Positions 20,610 through 34,200 of a stretch of 64,000 nt of DNA are shown in pieces; positions within the stretch are counted from its first letter, which is position 1; the number at the start of each line of letters is the position of its first letter. This DNA comes from Scyliorhinus canicula (lineage: Eukaryota). Both the position numbers and the translations under genes were made by a program. The DNA lies in NCBI RefSeq assembly GCF_902713615.1, contig NC_052172.1:372001-436000 (forward strand). The letters are read 5' to 3'. The notes beneath the pieces are model-generated. The model had not been told where the DNA came from and made no database searches. It worked only from the letters and a program-made list of their open reading frames with translations.

Positions 20610-23600
20610 TAAGTGAAGACACAGTGCCAGCATAGTGGGCGGCTCCTCCACTGGTGCCGGCAGTTCGGGCTGATCAAAGGAGAACTCTGTCTTTTTGGAG
20701 GTGTGTTTTGCTCCTCTTCTTTTCTCCTCCCGTGGGTCTTTACTTCTCTCTGTCTCGTTGGGTCTCTCTCCCCTTGGTCCCTTTTGTCTCTCTCTCTGTT
20801 TTCCTTCTTGTTTGAATTGTGGGCCTCTCTCCATTTCTCGGGGTTTTGTTCACCTTCTCTCTCTCCGGGGCTGGGGTGATTGACGACTGCATCGTGGGTG
20901 GTCTCCTGCGCAGGTCCCGGCACTTCGGGCTTCTCAGCCCGATCGGAGCAGAACTCCATTTTATTTTCTCCTCATTGGTTTTTTATTTTTAAACACGAGG
21001 AACTGAAATAGGGAAGGACACAGACTCTGAATTTATCAGGACATTGGGGCTGACCTGGCCATGTGCAGAGCTGGATTTAACAGGGCCAGAGCAGCGCTGT
21101 ACGAAAGCGGCGTACACTTAAGAATGTTATATCCAGCCAAGCTCTGTGTCACATACCAGGGCAAAAAATATTGTTTTTAAGGCCCCAACTGAAGCAGATA
21201 CGTTTGTCACAGACTGCGGGCTGGGGCCGTGACCACAGGAGAGGCGGGAGGGGTCCAGGCAAAAGCAGCGCATTGGCAAACCAACAATTGGGGAGGGGAG
21301 GGGGAGAAAAGAACCTCACCCCTCCTCCACCCCCCACAACACAACTGACTGACGAAGAGGCGGGAGATGGTGCCCCTATACGTGCAGACAAGGGCAAAAG
21401 GCGGAGGACCAAGTGTCGGGCATGATGTGGAAAGAACATAGAGAAACCACAGAGATTGGGTGGGAGGACAGCGGGACAGTAACTCCCGGGAGGAGGGTCA
21501 CCACACTAACGGGAGAGCTAACGCCGGGAACATGCAGCAGATAGAGGAAGCGGCTGTCTTCCAACTGGGGGGGGGGGGGGGGGGGCAGTGCCTGGCAGTG
21601 GGAGTGGGAACAAACAGCAGGGACGGAGAAGTATAGGGGAAAAAGAGCTCGGGGAAAGGGGACAGAGGGGGAGGGAAAGGGAAAGGAGATGGGAGAGGGG
21701 GGACGGGAAAGGGGAGGTGATATGAAAAGGGACCTCAAAACCTGGAATGTCAAGGGACTTATAGGCCCAGTGAAAAGATCCAGAGTCTTCACCCACCGAA
21801 GAAACATGAGAGCCGACATAGTCGTCCTCCAAGAGACACACCTGAGAGAGCAGGACCGGCTGTGGCTAAGGAAGGGCTGGGTGGGACAGACTTACCATTC
21901 CTGCCATGGGACGAGGGCCTGAGGGGTAGTGATTCTGTTAAAGAACAGGACTATGTTTAAGGTGACGATGACGGTAACGGACCCAGGGGGATGGTACGTC
22001 ATGGTTGGACGGCGCACCGATAGTACTGTCAACGTGAACACTCTCAACTGGAGAACGCAAAATTCATTAACAAGACAAAGGCAGAAATCCCCTACATAGC
22101 GACACACCGACTGATCATGGTGGGGGGGGGGGGGGGGTGGGCGGACTATAACTGTGTACAGGACACATGGACAGACAGCTCAAACCCCGGAACGGGGAAG
22201 ACCTTGAACATGGCGAAGGAACCCGGTCGCTTCATGGGGCAGATGGGGGCGGTGGGAGGTTCACCCACCCAGGGCAGCAGGATTTCTCCTTGTTCTCACC
22301 AGTCCACAACATATACTTGAGGAGTCACTTCTTTCTGGTTGGAAAATCGGTGCTCCCAGAGCTGGTCAAGGCGGAGTCTCCGTAATCGTAATCTCAGAAC
22401 ATGCTCCACATTATATGGATGTGAGGTTGGAGATGGGCAGTACTCAATGCCCCACATAGAGGTTGGGCGCTGCCCGACTGGCCAACATGGCTTTCAGCGA
22501 GAGGGTATCACAGGCCATAGCGGAGTATACGACAAACAACCAAAATGGGGAGGTCTCAGCCTCCGTGTCTGGGAGGAGCTAAAGGCCATGATTGGAGGGG
22601 AAACTATTGCCTTTAAAGCACAAAGGGAGAGAGGAGAGAGTGGCTAGGCAACACTCAGCCCCAACAATAGAGCTCTTGGCAGAGAGGGAAAAGCAACAAA
22701 TGGACTTTGACCTGCTCTCCACGAGTAAAGCAGTGCACCAACTCCACCAAGCACGGGGAACCCTATACAAAGACGGGGACAAAGCCAGCCGCCTGTTGCA
22801 CACCAGCAGAGAAGGCCAGCTGAGCAGCCAACAGAAAGATTGTGCAAATTTGGGACAGCAGAGGCACACTGGAAACAGACCCAAACAAGGTTAACAAGAC
22901 CTTTGAGGACTTTTACCGGGGACTGCACACCTCAGATCCCCCAACAGGGGAACATCGAAAAATACTGCACATAACAGGCCCTGCAGCCCACGATGTTGTA
23001 CCGAACCTTTGTCCTAGATTAATCATAGATTATCATAGAATTTACAGTGCAGAAGGAGGCCACTCGGCCCATCGAGTCTGCCCCAGCTCTTGGAAAGAGC
23101 ACCCTACCCGGGGTCAACACCTCCACCCTATCCCCATAACCCAGTAATCCCACCCAACACTGACGGCAATTTTGGACACCAAGGGCAATTTATCATGGCC
23201 AATCCACCTAACCGGCACATCTTTGGACTGTGGGAGAAAACCGGATCGGCACCCGGAGGAAACCCACGCACACACGGGATGGATGTGCAGACTCCACACA
23301 GACAGTGACCCAGCCGGGAATCCAAGGCGAAATCGAAACTGGGACCCTGGAGCTGTGAAGCAATTGTGCTCTCCACAATGCTACCGTGATGCCCTTAAGA
23401 ATAAATTAATCTACACTCCATTATTCTACCATAATCCATGTACATATCCAATAGCCGCTTGAAGGTCCCTAATGTTGCCGACACAACTACTTCCATAGGC
23501 AGTACATTCCATGCCCCCACTACTCTCTGGGTAAAGAACCTACCTCTGACATCCCCCCTATATCTTCCACCATCCACCTTAAATTTATGTACCCTTGTAA

Positions 23601-26600
23601 TGGTTTGTTCCACTCGGGGAAAAGTCTCTGGCTGTCTACTCTATCTATTCCCCTGATCATCATATAAACCTCTATCAAGTTGCCCCTCATCCTTCTCCGT
23701 TCTAATGAGAAAAGGCCTAGCACCCTCAACCTTTCCTTGTAAGACCTACTCTCCATTCCAGGCAACATCCTGGTCAATCTCCTTTGCACCTTTTCCAAAA
23801 CTTCCACATCCTTCCTAAAATGAGGTGACCAGAACTGCACACAGTACTCAGATGTGGCCTCACCAAGGTTTTGTACAGCTGCATCATCACCTCACGGCTC
23901 TTAAATTCAATTCCTCTGCCAATGAACGCTAGCACACCATAGGCCTTCTTCACAGCTCTATCCACTTCAGTGGCAACTTTCAAAGGTCTCTGAACATAGG
24001 GGCTGGTTTAGCTCACTGGGCTAAATCGCTGGCTTTTAAAGCACACCAAGCAGGCCAGCAGCACAGTTTGATTCCCGTACCAGCCTCCCCGGACAGGCGC
24101 TGGTATGTGGCGACTAGGGGTTTTTCACAGTAACTTCATTGAAGCCGACTCGTGACAATAAGCGATTTTCATTTTTCATTTCATTTCAACAGAGACCCCA
24201 AGATCTCTCTGCTCCTCAACTTTGCCAAGAACCCTACCGTTAACCCTGTATTCCGCATTCACATTTCTCCTTCCAAAATGGACAACCTCACACTTGTCAG
24301 GGTTAAACTCCATCTACCACTTCTCAGCCCAGCTCTGCATCCTATCTATGTCTCTTTGCAGCAGACAACAGCCCTCCTCACTATCCACAACTCCACCAAT
24401 CTTCGTATCATTTGCAAATTTACTGACCCACCCTTCAACTCCCTCATCCAAGTCATTAATGAAAATCACAAACAGCAGAGGACCCAGAACTGATCCCTGC
24501 GGTACGCCACTGGTAACTGGTCTCCAGGCTGAATAATTCCCATCCACTACAAATCTCTGACTTATATTGGTTAGCCAGTTCATTATCCAACTGGCAATAT
24601 TTCCCACTATCCCATGACTCCTTACTTTCTGCATTAGCCTGCCATGGGGAACCTTATCAAATGCCTTACTAAAATCAATGTACACTACATCCACTGCTTT
24701 ACCTTCATCCACATGCTTGGTCACCTCCTCAAAGAATTCAATAAGACTTGTAAGGCAAGACCTACCCCATATAAATTGGTGCTGACTATCCCTAATCAAG
24801 CAGTGTTTTTCCAGATGCTCAGAAATCGTATCTCTCAGTACCCTTTCCATTACTTTGCCTCCCACCGAAGTAAGACTAACTGGCCTGTAATTCCCAGTGT
24901 TATCCCTATTCCCTTTTTTGAACAGAGGCACAACATTCGCCACTCTCCAATCCCCTGGTACCACCCCTGTTGACAGTGAGGACGATGACAATCTACCGCT
25001 ACTGTCCTTGATCGGACCTACCCTCGCTCTAGTCATTCTCATATTTCTCACATATGTGTAAAAGACCTTGGGGTTTTCCTTGATCCTCTCCGCCAAAGAT
25101 TTTTCATGCCCTCTCTTAGCTCTCCTAATCCCTTTCTTCAATTCCCTCCTGGCTATCTTGTATCCCTCCAACGCCCTGTCTGAACCTTGTTTCCTCAGCC
25201 TTACACAAGTCTCTTTCTTCCTCTAAACAAGACATTCAACCTCTCTTGTCAAACATGGTTCCCTCACTTGACCATCTCTTCCCTGCCTGACAGGGATACA
25301 CATATCAAAGACATGTAGTACCTGATCCATGAACAAGTTTCACATTTCACTTGTGTCCTTCCCCGACAGCCTATGTTCCCAACTTATGCACTTCAATTCT
25401 TGTCTTACAGCATTGTATTTACCTTTCCCCCAATTGTAAATCTTGTCCTGTTGCACGCACCTATCCATTACTGAAGTGAAAGTCACAGAAATGTGGTCAC
25501 AACCTACAAAATGTTTCCCCACTAACAAATCTATCACTTGCCCTGGTTCATTACCAAGTACCAAATCCAATATGGCCTCCCCTCTGGTCAGACAATCCAC
25601 ATACTGTGTTAGAAAAGCTTCCTGGACACACTGCACAAATACCACCCCATCCAAACTATTTGATCGAAAGAGTTTCCACTCAATGTTTGGGAAGTTGAAG
25701 TCACCCATGACTACTACCCTGTGACTTCTGCACCTTTCCAAAATCTGTTCCTCCACATCTCTGCTGCTATTGGGGAGGGGAGTTGGGGGGGGGGGGGGGG
25801 GGCTATAGAAAACTCCCAACAAGGTGACTGCTCCTTTCCTATTTCTTTTAAAAAAAAATAAATTTAGAGTACCCAATTATTTTTTCCAATTAAGGGGCAA
25901 TTTAACGTGGCCAATCCACCTAACCTGCACATCTTTGGGTTGTTGTGGGGCGAAACCCACGCAGGCTAGGGGAGAATGTGCAAACTCCTCACAGACCCAG
26001 TGCCAGGATTCAAACCCAGGTCCTTAGCGCCGTAGGCAGCGATGCTAACCACTGTGCCACCGTGCTGCCCTCCTTTCCTATTTCTGACTTCAACCCATAC
26101 TACCTCAGTAGGCAGATCCTACTCGAACTGTCTTTCTGCAGCTGTTATACTATCTCTAATTAACAATGCCACCCCCCCACCTCTTTTACCATCTACCCTA
26201 ATCTTGTTTAAACATCTATAACCAGGGAACGCCAACAACCATTTCTGCCCCTTTTCTATCCAAGTTTCCGTGATGGCCACCACATCCTAGTCCCAAGTAC
26301 CGATCCATGCCTTAAGTTCACCCACCTTATTCCTGATGCTTCTTTCGTTGAATTAAACACACTTCAACCCATCTCCGTGCCTGCAAGTACTCTCCTTTGT
26401 CAGTGTTACCTTCCCCACTGTGTCACTACGCGCTTTGGTGAGCTGAATATCGGCTTCCTTAGTTGCTGGACTACAAATCCGTTTCCCATTCCCCTGCCAA
26501 ATTAGTTTAAACCCTTCCGAAGAGTACTAGAAAACCTCCCTCCCAGGATATTGGTGCCCCTCTGGTTCAGATGCAACCCGTCCTGCTTGTACAGGTCCCA

Positions 26601-27815
26601 CCTTCCCCAGAATGCTCTCCAATTATCCAAATACCTGAAGCCCTCCCTCCTGCACCATTCCTGCAGCCAGGTGTGCAACTGCACTCTCTCCCTATTCCTA
26701 GCCTCGCTGTCACGTGGCACCGGCAACAAACCAGTGATGACAATTCTGTCTGTCCTGGCTTTTAACTTCCAGCCTAACTCCCTAAACTTGTTTATTACCT
26801 CCACACCCCTTTTCCTACCTATGTCGTTTGTACCAATGTGCACCATGACTTCTGGCTGCTCACCCTCCCCCTTCAGGATTATGAAGACACGATCCGAAAC
26901 ATCCCTGACCCTGGCACCCAGGAGGCAACATACCTTCCGGGAGTCTCGCTCGCGACCACAGAATCTCCTATCTATTCCCCTAACCATTGACTCTCCTATT
27001 ACTATTGCTTTTCTATTCTCCCCCACTTCCCTTCTGAGCACCAGAGCCAGACTCAGTGTCAGAGACCTGGCCGCTAGGGCCTTCCCCCGGTAGGTCATCC
27101 CCCCAACAGCATCCAAAATAGTATACTTGTTTTGCAGGGGAACGGCCACGAGGGATCCCTGCACTGTCTGCCCGTTTCGTTTTCCTTCCCCTGACTGTAA
27201 CCCAGCTACTCTTGTCCTGCACCTTGGGTGTGGTTACCTCCCTGTAACTCCCTATTACCCCCTCTGCCTCCTGGATGATCCGAAGTTCATCCAGCTCCAG
27301 CTCTAGTTCCCTTACACGGCCTCAGGGGAGCAGGAGTTGGGTGCGCTTCCCGCAGGTATAGTCAGAGGGGACACCGGTGGTATCCCTCACCACCCACATC
27401 CTACAGGAGGAGTATGCAACTGCCCTCGCCTCCATCCCCTCTTAACTTACAGAATATAGCTGCCCTGTGGATCAACTGGAACTCCACCCTCTGACTCTGC
27501 TCCCAGTCATCTGCACTCTGAACTCCTGGCTCCCTTCTCGTTCTTTGAGGAAATGTAATGAAAGGAACACCTTTCTCCCCCAGTCACCAAACTCTCACTA
27601 TAGCACTCAAATGCACCAAATTCAGCACTCCCTCAGTCACCAAACACTCACTATAGCACTCAAATACACCAAATTCAGCACTCAGTGCAAACTCGTGGAT
27701 GAAGCTATTCCTCGATGGACTGGACTTGCCAGTTCTGGCGGAAGACAGGAAACGGGGCCTGGGAGCACTGCTAGAACTGAGAGAGATCATGGAGAGTATA
27801 AGCTCCATTCAGGCC
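20610..27815 (+). mobile_element. Degraded L1-clade LINE, interrupted by CR1 at 22951-27690
   Basis: ORF1 C-terminal remnant IYQDIGADLA..FN..LY..MLYPA; endonuclease TWNVKGL..VKR..DIVVLQETHL; ORF2 resumes after the CR1 as WMKLFLDGLDLP; paralogues at 48640-50476 and 57922-60010. Confidence 0.8.
22951..27690 (-). mobile_element. Near full-length degraded CR1 (5' tandem repeats, ORF1 with esterase, EN-RT with internal deletion)
   Basis: ORF1 SGNH-type HIGTND..DGLHLN (26502-27164); GDFN endonuclease motif; RT 24314-25171; nested SINEs at 23026-23394, 23999-24187 and 25846-26070. Confidence 0.92.
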
Positions 27816-28086
27816 TAAAACAAGGTCCAGGGGTGTACACAAAGCAGGGGGACCTATGAATCAGGGGAATGTATAAAGCATGACAGTGCACAGAGCAGGG
27901 TGATGTGTAAACCAGGGGAGTGTATCAAGCAGGGGGTGTATTAAACAGCAGGGTGTATGAGGCATGAGAGTGTATACAGCAGGGGGATGTGTAAACCGGG
28001 GGGGGGGGGGGTGTATAAAGCAGGGGGATGTATAAAGCAGGGGGATGTATAAAGCAGGGGGATGTATGAAGTATGGGAGTTTATAC

Positions 28087-28706
28087 AGCAGGGGAGTGTG
28101 TGTAATGCAGGGGAGTGTGTGTAATGCAGGGGAGTGTGTGTAATGCAGGGGAGTGTGTGTAATGCAGGGGAGTGTGTGTAATGCAGGGGAGTGTGTGTAA
28201 TGCAGGGGAGTGTGTGTAATGCAGGGGAGTGTGTGTAATGCAGGGGAGTGTGTGTAATGCAGGGGAGTGTGTGTAATGCAGGGGAGTGTGTGTAATGCAG
28301 GGGAGTGTGTGTAATGCAGGGGAGTGTGTGTAATGCAGGGGAGTGTGTGTAATGCAGGGGAGTGTGTGTAATGCAGGGGAGTGTGTGTAATGCAGGGGAG
28401 TGTGTGTAATGCAGGGGAGTGTGTGTAATGCAGGGGAGTGTGTGTAATGCAGGGGAGTGTGTGAAGCAGGGGAGTGTGTGTAATGCAGGGGAGTGTGTGT
28501 AATGCAGGGGAGTGTGTGTAATGCAGGGGAGTGTGTGTAATGCAGGGGAGTGTGTGTAATGCAGGGGAGTGTGTGTAATGCAGGGGAGTGTGTGTAATGC
28601 AGGGGAGTGTGTGTAATGCAGGGGAGTGTGTGTAATGCAGGGGAGTGTGTGTAATGCAGGGGAGTGTGTGTAATGCAGGGGAGTGTGTGTAATGCAGGGG
28701 AGTGTG
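28087..28706 (+). repeat. Homogeneous 19-bp minisatellite
   Basis: About 32 near-perfect copies of GCAGGGGAGTGTGTGTAAT inside a degenerate array (27830-28920). Confidence 0.97.
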
Positions 28707-29335
28707 CAAACTAGGGGAATGTGTAAATTACGGGAGTAATCTCAACCAGGGGAGTGTATGGATCCAGGGAAAGATGCACAACAAGAGCGTGTGTAAATTG
28801 GGGAGTGTGTACATCAGTTGAGAGTTCAAAGCAGGCGAGTGTGGAACCAGGTCAGCATGCAAACCAGGGGAGTGTGAAAAAACAGTTTGTAACAGGGCAT
28901 AGTGTACATCAGGGGAGAGGTTCACAGCGCCATGGTCCAAGATTCATTTCCCACTTGGTCGCTGCCTCTGCAGAGTCTGCACATTTTCCCCGTGTCTCCA
29001 TGGGTTTCCTCCACATGCTCCCATTTCCTCCCAGAAGTCCCGAAAGACATGCTTGTTATGTGAATTAGACATTACACCAATATTTTATTTTGGACTTGTC
29101 TCAGTACAAATTTAGGATTAATTATGTATTTTTCAATCAGCTGTACTATCTGACTTTTTACACGTGCCTAAGGTTCACAACTTTGTGAGATTAAAGTGCT
29201 TCTGATACATTTTAATCCAACAAAGTTTCAAAAAAGTGCAAATGGATACTTTCACATTGATTGCTCAATCTATAGCCTAATTAATACTTTCCTGATTAAT
29301 TTACAGATGAAAAGTTGATTCGACGTTCCATGATA

Positions 29336-29650
29336 GGGCAGCAAGTTAGCACAAGTGGATAGCACTGTGGCTTCACAGCGCCTGGGTCCCAGGTTGGATT
29401 ACCCGCTGGGACACTGTCTGTGTGGAGTCTGCATGTTCTCCCCGTGTCTGCGTTGGTTTCCTCCGGGTGCTCCGCTTTCCTCCCACAGTCCAAAGACATG
29501 AAGGTCAGGTGGATTGGCCATGATAAATTACCCTGTGTGACCAAAAAAGGTTAGGTGGGGTTATTGGGTTACGGGGACGGGTGGGAGTGAGGGTTAAGTG
29601 GGTTGGTGCAGACTTGATGGGCCAAATACCTCTTTCTGCACTGCATGCTC
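29336..29650 (+). mobile_element. HE1/V-type SINE
   Basis: GGGCAGCA head, V domain; absent at the paralogous site ~4628. Confidence 0.85.
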
Positions 29651-29836
29651 GAAGTTCATGGACTAGGGGTGAATTGTGGAAAATTATCCCACCTACCCTC
29701 TCGTGTATCACTGTTGGATTGGGCATGTTTATCTGGGACTTGAGCTCAATGTAAGTGTGACTGCTTCTGTTCCCTGTGACGGTGGAGCTGATGTTGTGTC
29801 TGTGTCTCTGCAATGTTGGATTAATATTGTACTTAC

Positions 29837-30660
29837 TGTCAGTTAGAAGGAGACGGCGGAACATTCTTGTTGCTGAGGAATCATCATCTTGGAACTCATA
29901 TCTTCATCTGATGAACGTGGGGAAGAAAAAATATCTCTTGTAAATCAGGGTCAGATGAGGTCAATGATAAATTAAACAATTCTTTCAACTGATAATCAGT
30001 AAAAATAGAAAATACCCTCCAAATTCTGCCCCAGAATCAGACAATAAGCCAGGCCCAGAAAGAGCTCTCCCTTCCCCCCGCTCACTCCAAGTCCCGGAAC
30101 AAGATGGGGCTCCCGCTGCGCCTCTTGCAAACAGCCCCCGATTCTCCCTGAACTCCCCCCGAGTCAGTAATGATCTCTGAGCCTCTTTGCTCACACTCCC
30201 AAATGGATGAGCTGCTGCAATGAGAACGCTGTTTCCTCGCTGACCTGGGCCCTGACATTTCACTCAGTTTGAACAAAGCGTCTCCACTGACTGAGCAAAA
30301 GGAGAATGGGGGGGAGGGGATGCGCATGCGCGCTTCAGATCAGAGTGACGCCAAGCAGGGGGCGGGGTTACCCGGGCATGCGCAGATCCGCGCAGCAATT
30401 CCGCATTGAGAATCAATGGGAATATTCCCCATTTCACTGTCATCACATTTGGAGCAAATCCTCCGATAGAGCCCGTGTTGGGGGGACTGTGTGTGTGTGG
30501 GTGCAAGTGGCCCTGCGCCCCAGGGCTCAACCAATCACCTTTGTAGCTGTGTGTTTGTCCCAATGAGATATTCCATTTGCAGCCATTGCCTGCAGCTTGT
30601 TTGTTATTACACTGCCATTCAGCCCCTCAAACTCACACTTTCTGCAAACTACCATTTCAC
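29837..30660 (-). other. Putative promoter plus two 5' exons (copy 2)
   Basis: TGCGCATGCGCG 30321, TGACG 30346, GC box 30358, GCATGCGCA 30376; donor after 30086; 71-nt exon 29837-29907. Confidence 0.5.
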
Positions 30661-30691
30661 TGACTGACTTCATTTTCCAGAGAAGCCGAGA

Positions 30692-31015
30692 ATTACTGCA
30701 GGGCAGAAGAAGGCAATTCTGCCCATTACCGTCCCTCGGAAAGAGCATCCCACCTTGGCGCACTCCCCGCCCTATCTCCATAAACCCGAGACCCCACTGA
30801 ACCAACACATCCTTGGATACGAAGCAGTAATTCAGCATTGCCAATCCACCTAACCTGCACATCTTTGGCCTGTGGGAGGAAATCTGAGCACCCGGGGGGG
30901 AACCCACCCACACACACGGGGAGAAGGTCCAAACCCCCACACATGCAGTCTCCGAAATCTGGAATTAAACCCGGGTCTCTGGCACAGTGAGGCAGCAGTG
31001 CTAACCACTGTTCCA
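30692..31015 (-). mobile_element. Older V-type SINE
   Basis: CCAATCCACCTAACCTGCACATCTTTGG and reverse tRNA head. Confidence 0.7.
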
Positions 31016-31292
31016 CCTTCCGGTTCTCTCCCGCTCCCGGTTCTCTCCCTCTCACGGTTCCATCCCTCTCCCGGTTCTCTCACTCTCCCTCCCGGCTCTC
31101 TCCCTCCCCCGGTTCTCTCCCTCTCCCGGTTCACTCCCTCCCCCGGTTCTCTCCCTCCCCCGGTTCACTCCCTCCCCCGGTTCACTCCCTCCCCCGGTTC
31201 ACTCCCTCCCCCGGTTCACTCCCTCTCCCGGTTCACTCCCTCCCCCGGTTCTCTCCCTCCCCAGGTTCACTCCCTCTCCAGGTTCTCTCCCT
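31016..31292. repeat. 17-18-bp CCCCGGTTC(A/T)CTCCCT minisatellite, left half; right half at 35562-35752
   Basis: Same unit on both sides of the Rex-Babar element. Confidence 0.88.
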
Positions 31293-34200
31293 CCCGAGCG
31301 AGCCGATTCTCTGCAAGCTTTCCCCAACAGATCCACTTTTAACTTTATTTATACTCGTTCTAACCTTTCAAAAATTAATTCTAAAGCTAACATTATTACT
31401 CTCTCTTTTATCTTCTCTTGCAGGCGTGATGATCCTCCGAGCCCCTTGGAGACCTTTTGACCCGACCCGACCTGACCTTTGTGACCTGGAAGAAGATCGG
31501 GCCCAAACCGGAAGTGAAGCCCCGACCTCGATTTGGAGCTGAACCGGGCCTCGGAGCTCCAAACCCGCCCTATCAACCGACGCCAGCCCCAGGATCGCCC
31601 GGCCTTGTCCCCGGTGCTCCCGACCCGACCCCCGATGGCAAGACACGGCTCAACGCGACCCCGAGAGACCCGCCCAGCGACCCGACCCGGAGAGGCCCGC
31701 CCAGCAACCCGACCTACCTGGTGATGGAAGAAAGAATAATCCACATGGAGGCCCCACCGTGCCGACTTCAAGATCCGACCCCAGGAGCGCCCAGGAAGGG
31801 AACAGACCATGGAACCTAGCCCAATCTGCTCCAGGAAGCCCCTGCCCCCGACCCAGGACCCCAAAAACAATGGAGACCGCGCGCGAGGACCCGAACACGC
31901 TGCAAGGTATTCCCGCACCCGCAGAACGCCGGGACCCATCCGGATCACAAACTCACCCCCCCCAGCAACCCCACTACCTCAACCAGCGCCCGGAACCCTG
32001 CCAGACGCGACCCCGGAAATGTAAACAGCGCCCTGGACCTCGCTAGCGCCCTGGACACCGCCAGCGCCCTGGACCCCGCCAGATGCAACCACCTACCTTC
32101 CACAAGGGCGGACGTCTCCCAACGGATCGCAGGATCATCTAGCAGCAGCCGCCGACCGAGAAAGCGAGGGAAACGCAGCGGTCTGCAGGTTAGACTGAAG
32201 GAACTGAGGGCTGGTTTAGCTCACCAGGCTAAATCCCTGGCTTTTAAAGCAGACCAAGCAGGCCAGCAGCACGGTTTGATTCCCGTACCACCTCCCCGGA
32301 CAGGCGCTGGAATGTGGCGACTAGGGGCTTTTCACAGTAACTTCATTGAAGCCTACTCGTGACAATAAGCGATTTTCAATTCATTTTTCAAGACCCCTCT
32401 CCCCAGCATACTCCTGGCAAACGTCCAAGCGATTGAAAACAAGCTGGATGAACTTAACGCCAGACTTACCTCTCAGAGGGAAGTAAGAGACTGCTGTGTG
32501 CTCTGTTTCACAGAGACATGACTCACCCCCGCCTCACCGGACTCTGCCATACAACCTGAAGGCTTCTCTATTCACCGGGCGGACCGCACGGCATCTTCAG
32601 GCAAAGCGAAGGGTGGAGGCGTTTGCCTCCTCATCAACTCCTCCTGGTGCTTGGATGTGGTGACCCTGGCGACCTACTGCTCCCCAGACCTGGAATACTT
32701 GACCGTAAAGTGCCGCCCATACAATCTTCCACGTGAGTTCACTTCAGCCATTATCACAGCGGTCTACATCCCACCCCAGGCAGAAGTGAGGAAGGCGCTG
32801 GATGAACTGTACACAGTCATAAATAACTAAGAAACAGTAGGGCAGCAGGGTAGCATGGTGGTTAGCATCAATGCTTCACAGCTCCAGGGTCCCAGGTTCG
32901 ATTCCCGGCTGGGTCACTGTCTGTGTGGAGTCTGCACGTCCTCCCCCTGTGTGCGTGGGTTTCCTCCGGGTGCTCCGGTTTCCTCCCACAGTCCAAAGAT
33001 GTGCGGGTTAGGTGGATTGGCCATGTTAAATTGCCCGTAGTGTCCTAAAAAGTAAGGTTAAGGGGAGGGGTTATTGGGTTGCGGGTATAGGGTGGATACG
33101 TGGGTTTGAGTAGGGTGATCATGGCTCGGCACAACATCGAGGGCCGAAGGGCCTGTTCTGTGCTGTACTGTTCTATGTTCTAACACCCGGAGGCCTTGTT
33201 CATTGTGGCCGGAGACTTCAACAAAGCCAACCTCAAGAGTGTACTGCCAAAATTCCACCAGCACATCTCCTGTCCCTCCAGGGGCGACAACACTCTTGAC
33301 CACTGCTACTCAAAAATCAAGGGTGCCTACCGTTCCATCCCCCGACCGCACTTTGGGAAATCAGACCATAAGGCTGTGCTCCTTCTCCCGGCTTACAAGC
33401 AGAAACTCAAGCGGGAGAATCCAGCTAAGAAGGTTGTGCAGTGCTGGTCCGAGGAGACATTAGAGCTCTTACGTGACTGCTTGGAGACAGTGGACTGGTC
33501 CATATTTAAGAACTCAGCGACTAACTTAAATGAGTATGTCACCACCGTCACAGACTTCATCAGCAAATGTGTGGACGACTGCGTGCCAAAGAAAGCAGTA
33601 CGTATGTTCCCCAACCGGAAACCATGGCTCAACCGCAAGATTGACTCCCTACTGAAGGACGGATCTGAGGCTTTCAAGGCAGACGACCCTGTCCTGTACA
33701 AGAAATCCAGGTACGACCTCTGCAAAGCCATTCGAGATGCCAAGAGAGAATATCAAACTAAGCTAGGCTCACAGACAGACTCTCGGCGGTTGTGGCAAGG
33801 ACTAAACAACATCACGGGTTACAAAGCGAAGCCGAGCAGTATCTCTGGCAGCAGCGCACCCCTCCCCGATGAACTTAATGCATTCTATGCTCGGTTTGCT
33901 ATCGAGTGCCCCAGCAACCCATAATTCACCCATACCCACCATCACAGTTTCCGAAGTCAGATCGGCCTTCCTGAAAGTGAACCCACGGAGGGCGATGGGC
34001 CCGGAAGGGATTCCTGGTCGTGCACTCAGAGCCTGCGCATACCAGCTGGCAGATGTATTCACAGACATCTTTAACCTATCCCTACTCCACTCCGAGGTCC
34101 CCACCTGCTTCAAGAAGACCACCATCATACCGGTACCAAAGAATAACCAGGCAACGTGCCTCAATTACTACTGCCCAGTGGCCCTGACGTCGGTTGTAAT

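Noticed and set aside
27861-28709. 282-aa ORF of HTPLHYTHSPAL repeats
   Set aside because: Translation of a stop-free 19-bp minisatellite; no gene features
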